Counted from the stretch's first letter, positions 18,486 through 28,476 are shown. The stretch: DNA of 64,000 bases from Candidatus Poribacteria bacterium (GCA_963665235.2 CAXXLX010000001.1:416001-480000); one strand, 5' to 3'. Notes: generated by a model from the letters alone, not told the origin. Numbers and translations are program-made.

Positions 18486-20204
18486 CTAATAAATCACGGA
18501 ACTCGCTGTGTTTCGCTCTTCCTGTTTCTCAGGTTGAATAGGTGTGACCTTGACAACATTCATCGGGTCATAATCGAGCAGTTTGAGCCAATCTTCGCTA
18601 GCGTCACTCGGTGGGAAAATGTCGTTTTCGCTATATTCTGCCTGGAACGCTGCGAGGAGGTCCGCGATAGAGATACCTATTTCGGTGTCGGGGTCAGCAA
18701 TTGCTCGTTTCATTGCGGATTCCTTTGCTCGCTGGACAATAGATTCAATAATTGCCCCGCTACAGAGATGGCCACGATAGAGAATGTCGCGTCTACCGCT
18801 CCGGAGGACAACTTCAAGGAAGCGGTTTTCTGCTGTTTCCTGAAACATCTCATCGACGACTCGCGTAATAAGTTGCTCAATTTTTTCTTCGGCAGTTATA
18901 TCGTCCGAATCTTTCTCAATGGGAAGGTCCGGGGTTAAGTAGATGCTGAAAATATCCTTGGCCGCTGTTTTATTCGGTCGGGTGACTTTGATTTTTCTAT
19001 CAATTCGCCCTGGGCGGAGGATTGCTGGGTCGATGAGGTCCGGTCTATTGGTTGCAAGAATAATAACAACATCTTGTAGCGGTTCAATGCCATCCATTTC
19101 GGCACAGAACATTGGGACGAGTGTGTTAGAGATGTTGTGTGCCCGCATAGCCCTGCGGGTGCCCAAAATGGACTCCGCTTCATCAATAAAGACGAAGGCG
19201 AGTTTACCCTCAGCCCGTTTTTCACGTGCTGTTTTAAAGATTTCGCGTACCTTCCGTTCAGATTCACCGAGCCACATGTTCAGAATTTCGGGGCCCTTAA
19301 TATGGAGGAAGGTTGCCTCAACGTCCGCGCCAGTTTCCGTTTTGAGACGTTCGGTTAGATTGTAAGCCGTCGCTTTCCCGATGAGTGTTTTTCCACAGCC
19401 CGGAGGTCCGTGGAGTAGAAATCCCTTCGGCACACTATACTGAAATCGTTTAAACAGTTCCGGGTGTAGAATTGGCTGTTCAATCGTATCCTTAATCCGC
19501 TGGATAGTCTCCTCAAGTCCACCAACTTTCGTCCATGGAATCTGTGGTACGGCCTCCAAGGCGTAATTGTTCTGTTCAGTTGAGGCTATCCGTTCAATAG
19601 CGACCTTTAAGCTTGCATCAAGCCGAACTTCGTCTCCCGTTTTGAGTTTAACATTGGCGAGGTCGGTTCCGCGTTCTATGATAACAGATTGGAGGCTCGG
19701 TTCCGAGCCGACGCGCAGTCTACCATCCGGTAGCACTTCAGCGATTTTCGCAATCGGGCCCGATTCGCCGTAACCAATTTGACCTACGATGACAAACGCC
19801 TCGTTCAGCAGGACACTGACCCCTTTTTTGAGAGGGTCGGTCTCCAGCTGTGGGTCGATGTTTGCATAGTATTCGGCACCGCCCATAGTGACACGCGCGG
19901 TGTCGTCTTCGGGTACTGTGAGCAGTGTCCCGATACGGTTCGCTGGCGCGGTGAGCTTTTCAATATGCTCCTCCATTTCAGCGTGGATGCGAACGGCTTC
20001 CTGTTGAATTGCTTGAACCCTTTGTTGGAATTCGCCTTCATCGCTGATGATAGAGCGGCGTAGTTCCATGAGCCACTGCCTGCGCCAATCTTCTACAGGT
20101 GTCTCTTCAATAATTTGATGTATCAGTTGTAAGGAATAGCCGGAGCTAGCTTCGTTTTCTTCAAGCTCTATGTCCTCTTTCCTACGTTCCTTCTTATCGT
20201 ACAT
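18486..20204 (-). CDS. arc: Proteasome-associated AAA ATPase (ARC/Mpa)
   Basis: N-terminal coiled coil, OB-like region, GPPGCGKTLIGKA, IKGPEILNMWLGESER, FIDEAES and ATNRPDLIDPAILRPGRIDRKI. Confidence 0.93.
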   Translation of the reverse strand: MYDKKERRKEDIELEENEASSGYSLQLIHQIIEETPVEDWRRQWLMELRRSIISDEGEFQQRVQAIQQEAVRIHAEMEEHIEKLTAPANRIGTLLTVPEDDTARVTMGGAEYYANIDPQLETDPLKKGVSVLLNEAFVIVGQIGYGESGPIAKIAEVLPDGRLRVGSEPSLQSVIIERGTDLANVKLKTGDEVRLDASLKVAIERIASTEQNNYALEAVPQIPWTKVGGLEETIQRIKDTIEQPILHPELFKRFQYSVPKGFLLHGPPGCGKTLIGKATAYNLTERLKTETGADVEATFLHIKGPEILNMWLGESERKVREIFKTAREKRAEGKLAFVFIDEAESILGTRRAMRAHNISNTLVPMFCAEMDGIEPLQDVVIILATNRPDLIDPAILRPGRIDRKIKVTRPNKTAAKDIFSIYLTPDLPIEKDSDDITAEEKIEQLITRVVDEMFQETAENRFLEVVLRSGRRDILYRGHLCSGAIIESIVQRAKESAMKRAIADPDTEIGISIADLLAAFQAEYSENDIFPPSDASEDWLKLLDYDPMNVVKVTPIQPEKQEERNTASSVIY

Positions 20205-20331
20205 TGTGAACGTCTCCTCAGGCAAAAGGGGATGACTTTACGATAGAGTTTACCACATTTGCAACAATTTTGCGAATCTTTACGACGTACGTTTTGCAAA
20301 AAAACGTCTTAAATATGGCATTTGTTACCAT

Positions 20332-20478
20332 TTTAACATATTTTAAAAATAGATGCAAGCAAAAAAATGCATATTGCCAAAAATTAGCCGGACCTGCCGC
20401 CTTAAATACGCTAAACTCGGGTGACTGTAGCAATTTATATCAGTTTAACATATTTTAAAAATAGATGCAAGCAAAAAA
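20332..20478 (-). promoter_or_regulatory. Tandemly duplicated promoter upstream of the proteasome operon
   Basis: 35-bp direct repeat at 20332-20366 and 20444-20478; each copy reads TTGCAT-N17-TAAA(A/C)T with an extended TG on the minus strand. Confidence 0.6.
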
Positions 20479-20616
20479 TGAGGGTCAAATCAAAAAAGCT
20501 TGTTTTTTTGTGTTAAATAAGGTATACTAATTGTGTAAGATAATTTTCTGATTGCCCACGCCCGGTATGCGTATCACACGAATTAATTTTGAATCCTACT
20601 ACTACAAAATAGACTT

Positions 20617-23600
20617 ATGAACACTCTTCACGATTTAAACGAAAAACAGAAAGAAGCCGTAACACATGAAACTGGTCCACTGCTCGTCATTGCGGGGCCC
20701 GGCACGGGGAAAACAAAGGTCATCACACAGCGCATTGCGTACCTCATTCGGCATCACGGTGTCAAGCCGGAACGAATCCTTGCGATTACTTTTACCAACA
20801 AGGCAGCGCAGGAGATGCAGGAACGGGTTAGCGCCGAACTCGGCGCGCCGCACGGTGGTAACGTTAAGGTCGGCACCTTCCATGCGTTTTGCGTCGGGGT
20901 TCTCCGGAATCACGCTGAAGAAATTGGGTTGAGCCCAAACTTTACTATTTTCGAGCAGGGAATTCAGGACGAAATCTTAATAGAGGCGACCCGCGAACTG
21001 AATCTCAACCGTTACGACTACCCCGCATGGCTGCTACGGAATATTATCGGGGACGCGAAGTGTAAACTCCACAATATACCGGATGCTTTGGAGATTTCTC
21101 CTGACATTATCGCCAAGATAGATGACCCGATGGCAAGTGAGAATATTGAAAAATCGCTGAAACTTTATCAGCATAAACTATCGGAATATAAGGCCTTGGA
21201 TTTTGGCGACCTGCTCGTAAAAACGGTCGAGCTGCTTGAACAGGTGCCGAAGGTGAAGGCGGAGTATCATAAAAATATTTCACATATCCTCGTTGACGAG
21301 TACCACGATGTGAATAGAGCACAGTACCGCCTGCTACAACTGTTGTGTGCGCCCCCAGAACGGAATCTTACGGTCGTCGCTGATGAAGACCAATCGATTT
21401 ACAGCTGGCGCGGCTCTAATCCACAGTATATTGAGGATTTTAAAGCCGATTTCACCCCGGAAACGGTTGAATTAGACGAGCACTACCGGTGTAGCGAGAA
21501 AATCTTGCGCGCTGCGGAGGAGGTTATCAGCAATAATCCAGAGCGACAGAAACAGCACACGCTTAAAACCCATAAAGATGCAGGACGCGACATCTTTCAT
21601 TACACCTTTGAAACACCCGTAGAGGAAGCCCAGCGTCTTATAGATATTATCCAAAAATTAGTAAAGGAACGCGGGAACTCTTATCGTGATATTGCGATTT
21701 TTTACCGGAAACACAATATTGCAGACGTGTTAGCGGAAAGGTTGCTAAAAAGAGGCATTAAATTCCAGCGGATTCACCCGACCAATTCCTTCGATGAGGA
21801 AAACAGCAGAGGCATCCTCTCTTATCTCCATTTTATCCAGTGGCAACTCCCCCGAGACCTTGAACACGTTATCAATTACCCCGAAAAACGGATTGACGAC
21901 CTGACCTGGGTTCGGCTCAAATGGTTGGCACAACGCAAAGGACTAGAATTAGTAGACCTTTTGAAAGATATTGAGGCGTACCCGCAAGACGTTGGGCCTT
22001 TAACTCAGCGGAATGTTCGTGAATTTTGGCAGCAGTTTGAAAAATTATCGGCTGAAATTAAGGGAGAAGAGATTATTAAAATCATCCCAAAACTCTTCGA
22101 TTATTTGGAATTGTCGCGTTCCCCTTACCGTGCTAAAGAGGTGGAAGAAATTGAAAAACAACCGGAGATGCCGAATCTGGGAGTCACGCAGGATATCCTC
22201 TACAGTGCAATTGACTTAAATCAACAGATTCAGATGACCGTGAATCCCGGCATTGACGAGTATTGTGCTGCACAGATTATCCAGCAAACGTTTAAGACGT
22301 ATCTCGGCAAAAATGTGCCAATCCACTTTTTGGAGTCAGAGTCGGGTGGCAAACCGATGCGGGATGCAGACGGTGTGCATCTGCTGATAGGTGATTTCAA
22401 CGAACTTGGTGAGAAGGGTGAAAGGGCGCGGACAATTCTTATCGGCACGGCGGTTACCGAAGATACAGAGATAACCCAGTTTGGCGCGGAGGGGGTGCGA
22501 AGCATCGCTGTGCTTAAACTGTGTCAACGTCTGGTGAGCCGTTTTGAGAGCCCGAATATGGCAGACATGGTCATCTATGACTTGGAAACGACCGGTGTCA
22601 AACCGAAAACTGCAAATATCGTTGAGATTGCTGCGCGCCGGCTCAGTGCTATCGGCGATGAAGTTGAACGTTATTACCAACTTGTGAAACCGCCAGGCGG
22701 ACATATACCTAAGGAGAGCACACGCATACACGGCATAGACGAAGAGACTGTCAAAAATGCTCCGAGCATCGAGATGGCCCTCCCAGAATTTTGTGGATTT
22801 ATCCAGGACCGCATCCTGATTGGGCACAATGTAGCGCGATTTGATAATCCTATCCTTGAGCGCGACCTACAGCACTATCTGAAGCGCGGTTTGCCAAATC
22901 CACATTACGATACGCTTGTCACGGCACGGCGGCTTTTTCCACGTCAACGGTGTAATCTGGGGGCACTCGCTGAAAAGTTTGGCATTGAACACGGCCGCTT
23001 ACATGGTGCCTTGGAGGACGTTGAGGTCAACCGGAAAATCTTTAAAGAGCTCATCAAAATTGATTTACAAAAACGTGAGGTGAAATCTCTGACAGAATTT
23101 CTGCCGCTTGTCGGTGCGGGTATTCTTGCGAAAATGGATGCGCTACCTGAGGGAAAAAACTTAAGGGAAGTCAGGGCATTTTTAAATGCTGCGAAACGGT
23201 TTGTTCGAACGCATCAGCCGGCTTTACCGGACAATACACTAACTGGACTGAACGAGCAGGTTGAAACGTTGATTGAGCAGTTAGCGCAACTCGATATTCT
23301 TCCCTCTCCGGAGGATACCGAATGGCTGGAACGTAGGTCGAAATTCCTGAACACTCTCGTCCAATTTGAAAAAATCGGGGATGGGCATCAGTTGACTAAC
23401 TTCCTGGATTATCAGAAATTGCTCACCAATTTTGACGAAATTGACGATAAGAGCGAACAACTGACACTGATGACGTTGCATGCCGCAAAAGGCACAGAAT
23501 TTCCGATTGTGATTATCCTCGGCATGGAGGAGGGGAGTTTTCCGATGTGGCAGCAGGATATGACACAAGAGTATATTGAGGAGGAACGGCGACTTTTCTA

Positions 23601-23745
23601 TGTGGGCATGACACGCGCGCAGGAGCAGCTTTATCTCTCTTCCACTGTCTACCGGACCGGGGATTATGAGCGTTCTACCTCTATGTTCGTCCGTGAGGTG
23701 CCATCTAACTACGTCGTCAAATGGAGTCCGCGGCGTGGTCTGTAG
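20617..23745 (+). CDS. UvrD/PcrA-family helicase with an inserted DEDDh (DnaQ-like) 3'-5' exonuclease domain
   Basis: AGPGTGKT, ILVDEYHD, QSIYSWRG, TLHAAKGTEF and EERRLFYVGMTRA; insert with YDLETTG, GHNVARFD and HGALEDV. Confidence 0.92.
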   Translation: MNTLHDLNEKQKEAVTHETGPLLVIAGPGTGKTKVITQRIAYLIRHHGVKPERILAITFTNKAAQEMQERVSAELGAPHGGNVKVGTFHAFCVGVLRNHAEEIGLSPNFTIFEQGIQDEILIEATRELNLNRYDYPAWLLRNIIGDAKCKLHNIPDALEISPDIIAKIDDPMASENIEKSLKLYQHKLSEYKALDFGDLLVKTVELLEQVPKVKAEYHKNISHILVDEYHDVNRAQYRLLQLLCAPPERNLTVVADEDQSIYSWRGSNPQYIEDFKADFTPETVELDEHYRCSEKILRAAEEVISNNPERQKQHTLKTHKDAGRDIFHYTFETPVEEAQRLIDIIQKLVKERGNSYRDIAIFYRKHNIADVLAERLLKRGIKFQRIHPTNSFDEENSRGILSYLHFIQWQLPRDLEHVINYPEKRIDDLTWVRLKWLAQRKGLELVDLLKDIEAYPQDVGPLTQRNVREFWQQFEKLSAEIKGEEIIKIIPKLFDYLELSRSPYRAKEVEEIEKQPEMPNLGVTQDILYSAIDLNQQIQMTVNPGIDEYCAAQIIQQTFKTYLGKNVPIHFLESESGGKPMRDADGVHLLIGDFNELGEKGERARTILIGTAVTEDTEITQFGAEGVRSIAVLKLCQRLVSRFESPNMADMVIYDLETTGVKPKTANIVEIAARRLSAIGDEVERYYQLVKPPGGHIPKESTRIHGIDEETVKNAPSIEMALPEFCGFIQDRILIGHNVARFDNPILERDLQHYLKRGLPNPHYDTLVTARRLFPRQRCNLGALAEKFGIEHGRLHGALEDVEVNRKIFKELIKIDLQKREVKSLTEFLPLVGAGILAKMDALPEGKNLREVRAFLNAAKRFVRTHQPALPDNTLTGLNEQVETLIEQLAQLDILPSPEDTEWLERRSKFLNTLVQFEKIGDGHQLTNFLDYQKLLTNFDEIDDKSEQLTLMTLHAAKGTEFPIVIILGMEEGSFPMWQQDMTQEYIEEERRLFYVGMTRAQEQLYLSSTVYRTGDYERSTSMFVREVPSNYVVKWSPRRGL

Positions 23746-23770
23746 AGCGTATCTCATAAATTGGTTCATA

Positions 23771-23892
23771 GAAACCTATGGAAACCTTTAGCAAGAGAAA
23801 GAAATAAAAGGAGAAACCTCTGACGCGCTTCAGAGTTCTTCTTAGAATCACAACATCTTGCCAATTGCTAATTGCCAGTGAGCCAATCGCTA
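23771..23892. repeat. Dispersed repeat with heptamer (AAT(T/C)GC(C/T)) runs; other copies near 27430, 28545, 39287, 42905 and 63062
   Basis: Most copies share GAAACCTAT(G/A)GCA..., a CTGA..CG..TCAGA core and TTGCCAATTGCTAATTGCC tails. Confidence 0.7.
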
Positions 23893-23894
23893 AA

Positions 23895-24959
23895 ATGAAA
23901 TTAACATCGATTTCAACACTTATTGAAAGTAGTATCACAGAAAAAATATTTCCTGGGGCAGTTGTCGCAATTCTTGAAAATGATAACGTTACCTACTTTT
24001 CAGCGTTCGGATATCGCAGTATAAAACCCAAACGTGCAAAGATGTGTCACGATACGTTGTTCGATGTCGCCTCCTTGACAAAACCGATTGTCATCGGCAC
24101 CCTCGCGATGCAACTCGTTGAAAAGAATACGTTATCACTAGATACACCTGTCCAGACGTATCTTCCCACGTTCGCACATGCTCACATTACGTGTCAGCAC
24201 CTGCTAACGCACACCTCTGGCCTCCCTGCTTGGAAACCGGTCTATCTATTAGCCAATTCCCCTGCGGATGCGGTGCAGGTTATCGGTGAGATGCCCCTGG
24301 AGTCGCCTCCCGGTGAGAAGGTGACCTATAGTTGTTTAGGATATATCCTCATGGGTATCTTAATTGCGAAGCAGACAGGCGAGCCGTTAGACAGTTTGGC
24401 AAATCGCTGTATCTTTGAACCGCTTGCTATGACCCGGACCTGCTACAATCCGCCTCCCGACTTGCAGCTATATTGCGCGGCAACCGAAGATTCAAATAGT
24501 TTCGAACGCCGGATGGTCAGCTCAGATGGGGATGACAGGAGATACGCACATCATAACTGGCGCGATGGGGTCATTATTGGGGAGGTTCACGATGAAAATG
24601 CCCACTTCCTTGGCGGCGTATCCGGAAATGCGGGGCTCTTTTCCACTGCTGCGGACCTTCTCCTTTTTTGTAAAACAGTGCTACAGGGGGGTGGCACGCT
24701 TTTGCATGCGGACAGTGTCAAGACGTTAGCTACACCACTGACACCAGCAACAGAGACAGAACGTCGTAGTATCGGCTGGCACATACTCAGTGATGGGTCG
24801 CTCTATCATACAGGTTTTACCGGCACCTCTGTCCGTTTGAACCTACAAAGGCGACTCGCTGCGATTCTCTTGACGAATCGGGTGCACCCGGACGCGCAGC
24901 GCCCGGGCATCATTGCATGTCGGAATCAATTCCATAAAATCATTTTCGGAAAATCGTAG
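23895..24959 (+). CDS. Serine hydrolase, beta-lactamase/AmiE-like family
   Basis: FDVASLTK (SxxK), LLTHTSGL, YSCLGY, GEVHDENA, GNAGLFST and HTGFTGT. Confidence 0.9.
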   Translation: MKLTSISTLIESSITEKIFPGAVVAILENDNVTYFSAFGYRSIKPKRAKMCHDTLFDVASLTKPIVIGTLAMQLVEKNTLSLDTPVQTYLPTFAHAHITCQHLLTHTSGLPAWKPVYLLANSPADAVQVIGEMPLESPPGEKVTYSCLGYILMGILIAKQTGEPLDSLANRCIFEPLAMTRTCYNPPPDLQLYCAATEDSNSFERRMVSSDGDDRRYAHHNWRDGVIIGEVHDENAHFLGGVSGNAGLFSTAADLLLFCKTVLQGGGTLLHADSVKTLATPLTPATETERRSIGWHILSDGSLYHTGFTGTSVRLNLQRRLAAILLTNRVHPDAQRPGIIACRNQFHKIIFGKS

Positions 24960-24978
24960 GGGCGAGGTCACCTCGCCC
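24956..24978 (+). repeat. GTAG-type REP palindrome (copies at 26160-26181, 28498-28520, 35052-35074, inverted variant at ~7384-7409)
   Basis: GTAGGGGCGAGGTCACCTCGCCC hairpin. Confidence 0.8.
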
Positions 24979-24994
24979 TCATAAGGAAGCAAAT

Positions 24995-26185
24995 GTGATA
25001 ACGCTCGGCATAACACACCTCTTGACTGAAAAGCGGTCGTGGCTATCAGGAAAATCGGTAGGATTGCTAACCAATCACACCGGTCTTGATGAAAACCTAA
25101 CGCCCAATATTACGCTGCTCCGCGAACATGTTAATCTATCCGCGCTCTTTTCGCCAGAGCATGGGTTGTGGGGGGCAGCACAGGACGGTATCAAGATAGC
25201 GGATACAGTCCATCACGAGCCTGTAAATGAAACTCAACATAGGACGAAGGTTTACAGTTTATATGGCGAAACACCGCTATCATGGGCAGAAGTGTACCAG
25301 AATTTAGATGTGCTCATTTACGATATGCAGGATGTTGGGGCGCGGTATTATACCTATTTAGGCACGCTCCTACAAGCGATGCAAACGTTTGAATCTCTGA
25401 TAGACACCGGAAAACGTGTTGAATGTATTGTCGCTGACCGTCCGAATCCTATCGGCGGGGTGCAAGTAGAAGGGCCGATGTTAGACCCTGCACACACCTC
25501 ATTAGTGGGCCCCTATCCGCTTCCCGTGCGTTACGGGTTGACGATAGGTGAAGTTGCAAGGCTTTTCCATGCAGAACAGGGATTTCGTTTTCCGCTCAAG
25601 GTCGCGCCGATGCAGGGCTGGCACCGAGAAATGGTGTATGCCGATACCGGGTTGCTGTGGGTACCGCCTTCACCGAACATGCCGACACTTGACACCGCAA
25701 CCCTCTACCCCGGCACCTGCCTGTTTGAGGGAACAAATGTAAGCGAAGGAAGAGGCACAACAAAACCGTTTGAACATATTGGGGCACCGTGGATAGATGC
25801 GGAGACATGGGCATCCCGTTTGAATGCGTTGCAGCTGCCAGGGCTCCTTTTCCGACCGCTCCAATTTATTCCGCAGTTTTCCAAATATGCTGGAGAGACA
25901 TGCTGTGGGATTGCTATTCATATCACTGCGCGGAAGGAGATAGCCCCGGTCGAAGTAACAGTCCGGATGCTAGCACTGCTGATAGAGGAACACCCCGCTG
26001 AGTTTGCATTTCGCGAGGAACACTTCGATAGACTATCAGGCAGTCCTGCTCTCCGCAAAGCCTTGGTAGCGCGAACGGACTGTTCCGATATTATTGCTGG
26101 ATGGTCAGCGGACGTGGAACAGTTTCGCGTCCAACGTGCGTCTCCGCATCTATTATATCGTAGGGGCGAGGTCACCTCGCCATAG
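24995..26185 (+). CDS. DUF1343 / NamZ-like exo-beta-N-acetylmuramidase
   Basis: GLLTNHTG, LFSPEHG, DMQDVGARYYTY, DRPNPIGG, WVPPSPNMP and EGTNVSEGRGTTKPFE. Confidence 0.9.
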   Translation: MITLGITHLLTEKRSWLSGKSVGLLTNHTGLDENLTPNITLLREHVNLSALFSPEHGLWGAAQDGIKIADTVHHEPVNETQHRTKVYSLYGETPLSWAEVYQNLDVLIYDMQDVGARYYTYLGTLLQAMQTFESLIDTGKRVECIVADRPNPIGGVQVEGPMLDPAHTSLVGPYPLPVRYGLTIGEVARLFHAEQGFRFPLKVAPMQGWHREMVYADTGLLWVPPSPNMPTLDTATLYPGTCLFEGTNVSEGRGTTKPFEHIGAPWIDAETWASRLNALQLPGLLFRPLQFIPQFSKYAGETCCGIAIHITARKEIAPVEVTVRMLALLIEEHPAEFAFREEHFDRLSGSPALRKALVARTDCSDIIAGWSADVEQFRVQRASPHLLYRRGEVTSP

Positions 26186-26200
26186 AAAAGCGGAGACCCC

Positions 26201-27379
26201 ATGATTCAATTTTTTTATGAACTCTTACAAAAACAGAAGCGGTGGGTTATCGGATTAATGAGCGGGACATCCGTCGACGGCATAGATGTTGGGCTTGTTG
26301 AGATAACCGGGGCAGGACTTGACACAGAGATAGACCTGATAACATTTGAAACGGTGCCGTATTCGCCAGATATCCGCGCGAGGATATTTTCGCTTTTCGA
26401 TGCAGAAACGGCGCGGGTAGATGAAATCTGTACGATGAATTTCGTGTTAGGCAGATTGTTTGCAGACAGCGTTAAGACGGTGTTGAAAAAAGCGGGCATC
26501 GCCACGACACAGGTCGACCTGATTGGGTCGCATGGGCAAACAATTCAGCATCTGCCTTCAGGCACCCCACGTTCAACATTGCAGATTGGGGAGCCTGCCG
26601 TAATTGCACATGAGACAGGAATTCCAACGGTGGCGGATTTTCGGGTGGCGGATGTCGCAGCCGGTGGGGAGGGCGCGCCGCTAGTCGCATACCCCGACTA
26701 TTTGCTATTTCGTCATCCCACCGAAACGATTGGACTTCTGAATATAGGCGGTATCGCTAACCTGACAGTGCTACCAGCAGGCTGCAGTGTGGCAGAGGTG
26801 GTCGCTTCCGATACAGGCCCCGGCAACATGCTTATAGATACATGCATCTCAACAATCACAGACGGTAAGAAGCGGTTTGATGAAGATGGCGCGCTGGCTC
26901 GGCAAGGTACAGTTTGTGAAACCCTCCTAAAGACGTGGATGGCACACCCCTTTTTGGCAATAAAGCCACCGAAGACAACCGGCAGGGAGATGTTCGGCGC
27001 GGTCTTTGCAGAAACGTGTTTGCAACAGATACAGACACACGGCATTTCAGAACGCGATGGACTTGCAACACTAACCGCCTTGACAGTTGAAAGTATAGCA
27101 CACTATTATCAAGAGTTTGTGGCGAAGGGTAGTCCAATGGACATTCTGTATGTAAGCGGCGGCGGTGCACAAAATACGTTGATGATGGAGTGGCTCGCCG
27201 AAGCATTCGCACCTGTACCAGTCGTTGATGTTACAGAAAAGGGAATTTCGGGAGATGCAAAAGAGGCAATCGCGTTTGCCATTCTTGCGAACGAAGCGGT
27301 GCATGGCAATTTTAGCAACGTTCCGAATGCAACTGGTGCCTCTGAATTCAAGGTCTTAGGTAAGTTTATTTTGCCGTAG
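26201..27379 (+). CDS. anmK: Anhydro-N-acetylmuramic acid kinase
   Basis: IGLMSGTSVDGID, IGSHGQT, DFRVADVAAGGEGAPL, NIGGIAN, DTGPGN, PPKTTGRE and KEAIAFA. Confidence 0.96.
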   Translation: MIQFFYELLQKQKRWVIGLMSGTSVDGIDVGLVEITGAGLDTEIDLITFETVPYSPDIRARIFSLFDAETARVDEICTMNFVLGRLFADSVKTVLKKAGIATTQVDLIGSHGQTIQHLPSGTPRSTLQIGEPAVIAHETGIPTVADFRVADVAAGGEGAPLVAYPDYLLFRHPTETIGLLNIGGIANLTVLPAGCSVAEVVASDTGPGNMLIDTCISTITDGKKRFDEDGALARQGTVCETLLKTWMAHPFLAIKPPKTTGREMFGAVFAETCLQQIQTHGISERDGLATLTALTVESIAHYYQEFVAKGSPMDILYVSGGGAQNTLMMEWLAEAFAPVPVVDVTEKGISGDAKEAIAFAILANEAVHGNFSNVPNATGASEFKVLGKFILP

Positions 27380-27465
27380 TTTAGACACTATCTGTGAGAC
27401 AGATGCCCAATTTGAAAAGCATCGCTCATTTTGCCAATTGCCAATCGCCAATTACTAATTGCCAA

Positions 27466-28476
27466 CTAAAATTGCATTCTGGCGGAGATGCGGTTTGCTG
27501 TGCCGAGGTCCGGGTGTTGCTGATAGGCGTAGTCAACGTGGAAAGCAGTGCCCGTGATGAATCGGAGCTGGAGCCCCGCCCCGGCCGTGAAGTGATGGGT
27601 GCGGTTAAGTGCCCCGTTGCGTCCCTCAAGTCCGCAGCGTAAGGAGAGTAGGTCGAAAAGTGTCCATTCCGCGCCCGTGTGGAGTTCATAAGCGTTGCGT
27701 GTATCTACATCCGCCGTGAGGGTGAGTCTGCTATTGAAGATATGGAGTTTTTGATATGCAGCGAGTCCGATTTTGAGTCGCGGCGGTATCGTTTCTGTAT
27801 GTGGTGTTTCATTTTCAGTCACTGGGGGTACGTTCCAATAGAGTTTCGTTGTGAAAAAATCGGTTGCGACAATTCCGAGGGTGATAGCAGTGGATTTGTC
27901 TTGTGGCGTTGTAGCGATGAGTCCGATGTCACTTCCACCGCCGATGGCATTTGTGTTGCTATACGCGGTGATGTATAGGAGTTTTAGGGTTGCACCGATG
28001 TGGACAGAGATGTTCCGAGGTAAGGTAATGAGATGCCGCGCCCCGCTGAGTAGGAACGCGTTATTTGTGTTGCTGAAGGTGTCTGTGACGCGGGGACGAT
28101 TTGTCGGACCGACCGGTTTATTTGCGACAGGAAGACGGGTGATAGGGATGTCGTCGATGCCGACGCGTAACCAACTGATGCCCATTGTAGTTTTAGAAGT
28201 GATAGGGTGACTATAACATGCAATGTTGTATGCCGCAAGGTCAGCCAATGTTGCATGCATCAGGTTAACTTCACGTGTGCGCGATTGCGTGAGCCCTGCG
28301 GGGTTATAAAAGGGCGCGGTTGCATCGTTCGCGATTGCTGTGTAGGCGTTTCCCATGCCGAGTGGCCGCGCGCCTGTTGGGTACGTAAGAAAGTCCGCGG
28401 TATAGGATTCCGGTAGTGCGCTTTCTACCGCTGTCATCGTTAGAATGAGTATCAGAACAATCGTTATCTTCTTCAT
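27466..28476 (-). CDS. PorV/PorQ-like outer-membrane beta-barrel protein
   Basis: Signal peptide; FLTYPTGARPLGMGNAYTAIANDATAPFYNPAGL; VDYAY; terminal Phe. Confidence 0.85.
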   Translation of the reverse strand: MKKITIVLILILTMTAVESALPESYTADFLTYPTGARPLGMGNAYTAIANDATAPFYNPAGLTQSRTREVNLMHATLADLAAYNIACYSHPITSKTTMGISWLRVGIDDIPITRLPVANKPVGPTNRPRVTDTFSNTNNAFLLSGARHLITLPRNISVHIGATLKLLYITAYSNTNAIGGGSDIGLIATTPQDKSTAITLGIVATDFFTTKLYWNVPPVTENETPHTETIPPRLKIGLAAYQKLHIFNSRLTLTADVDTRNAYELHTGAEWTLFDLLSLRCGLEGRNGALNRTHHFTAGAGLQLRFITGTAFHVDYAYQQHPDLGTANRISARMQF

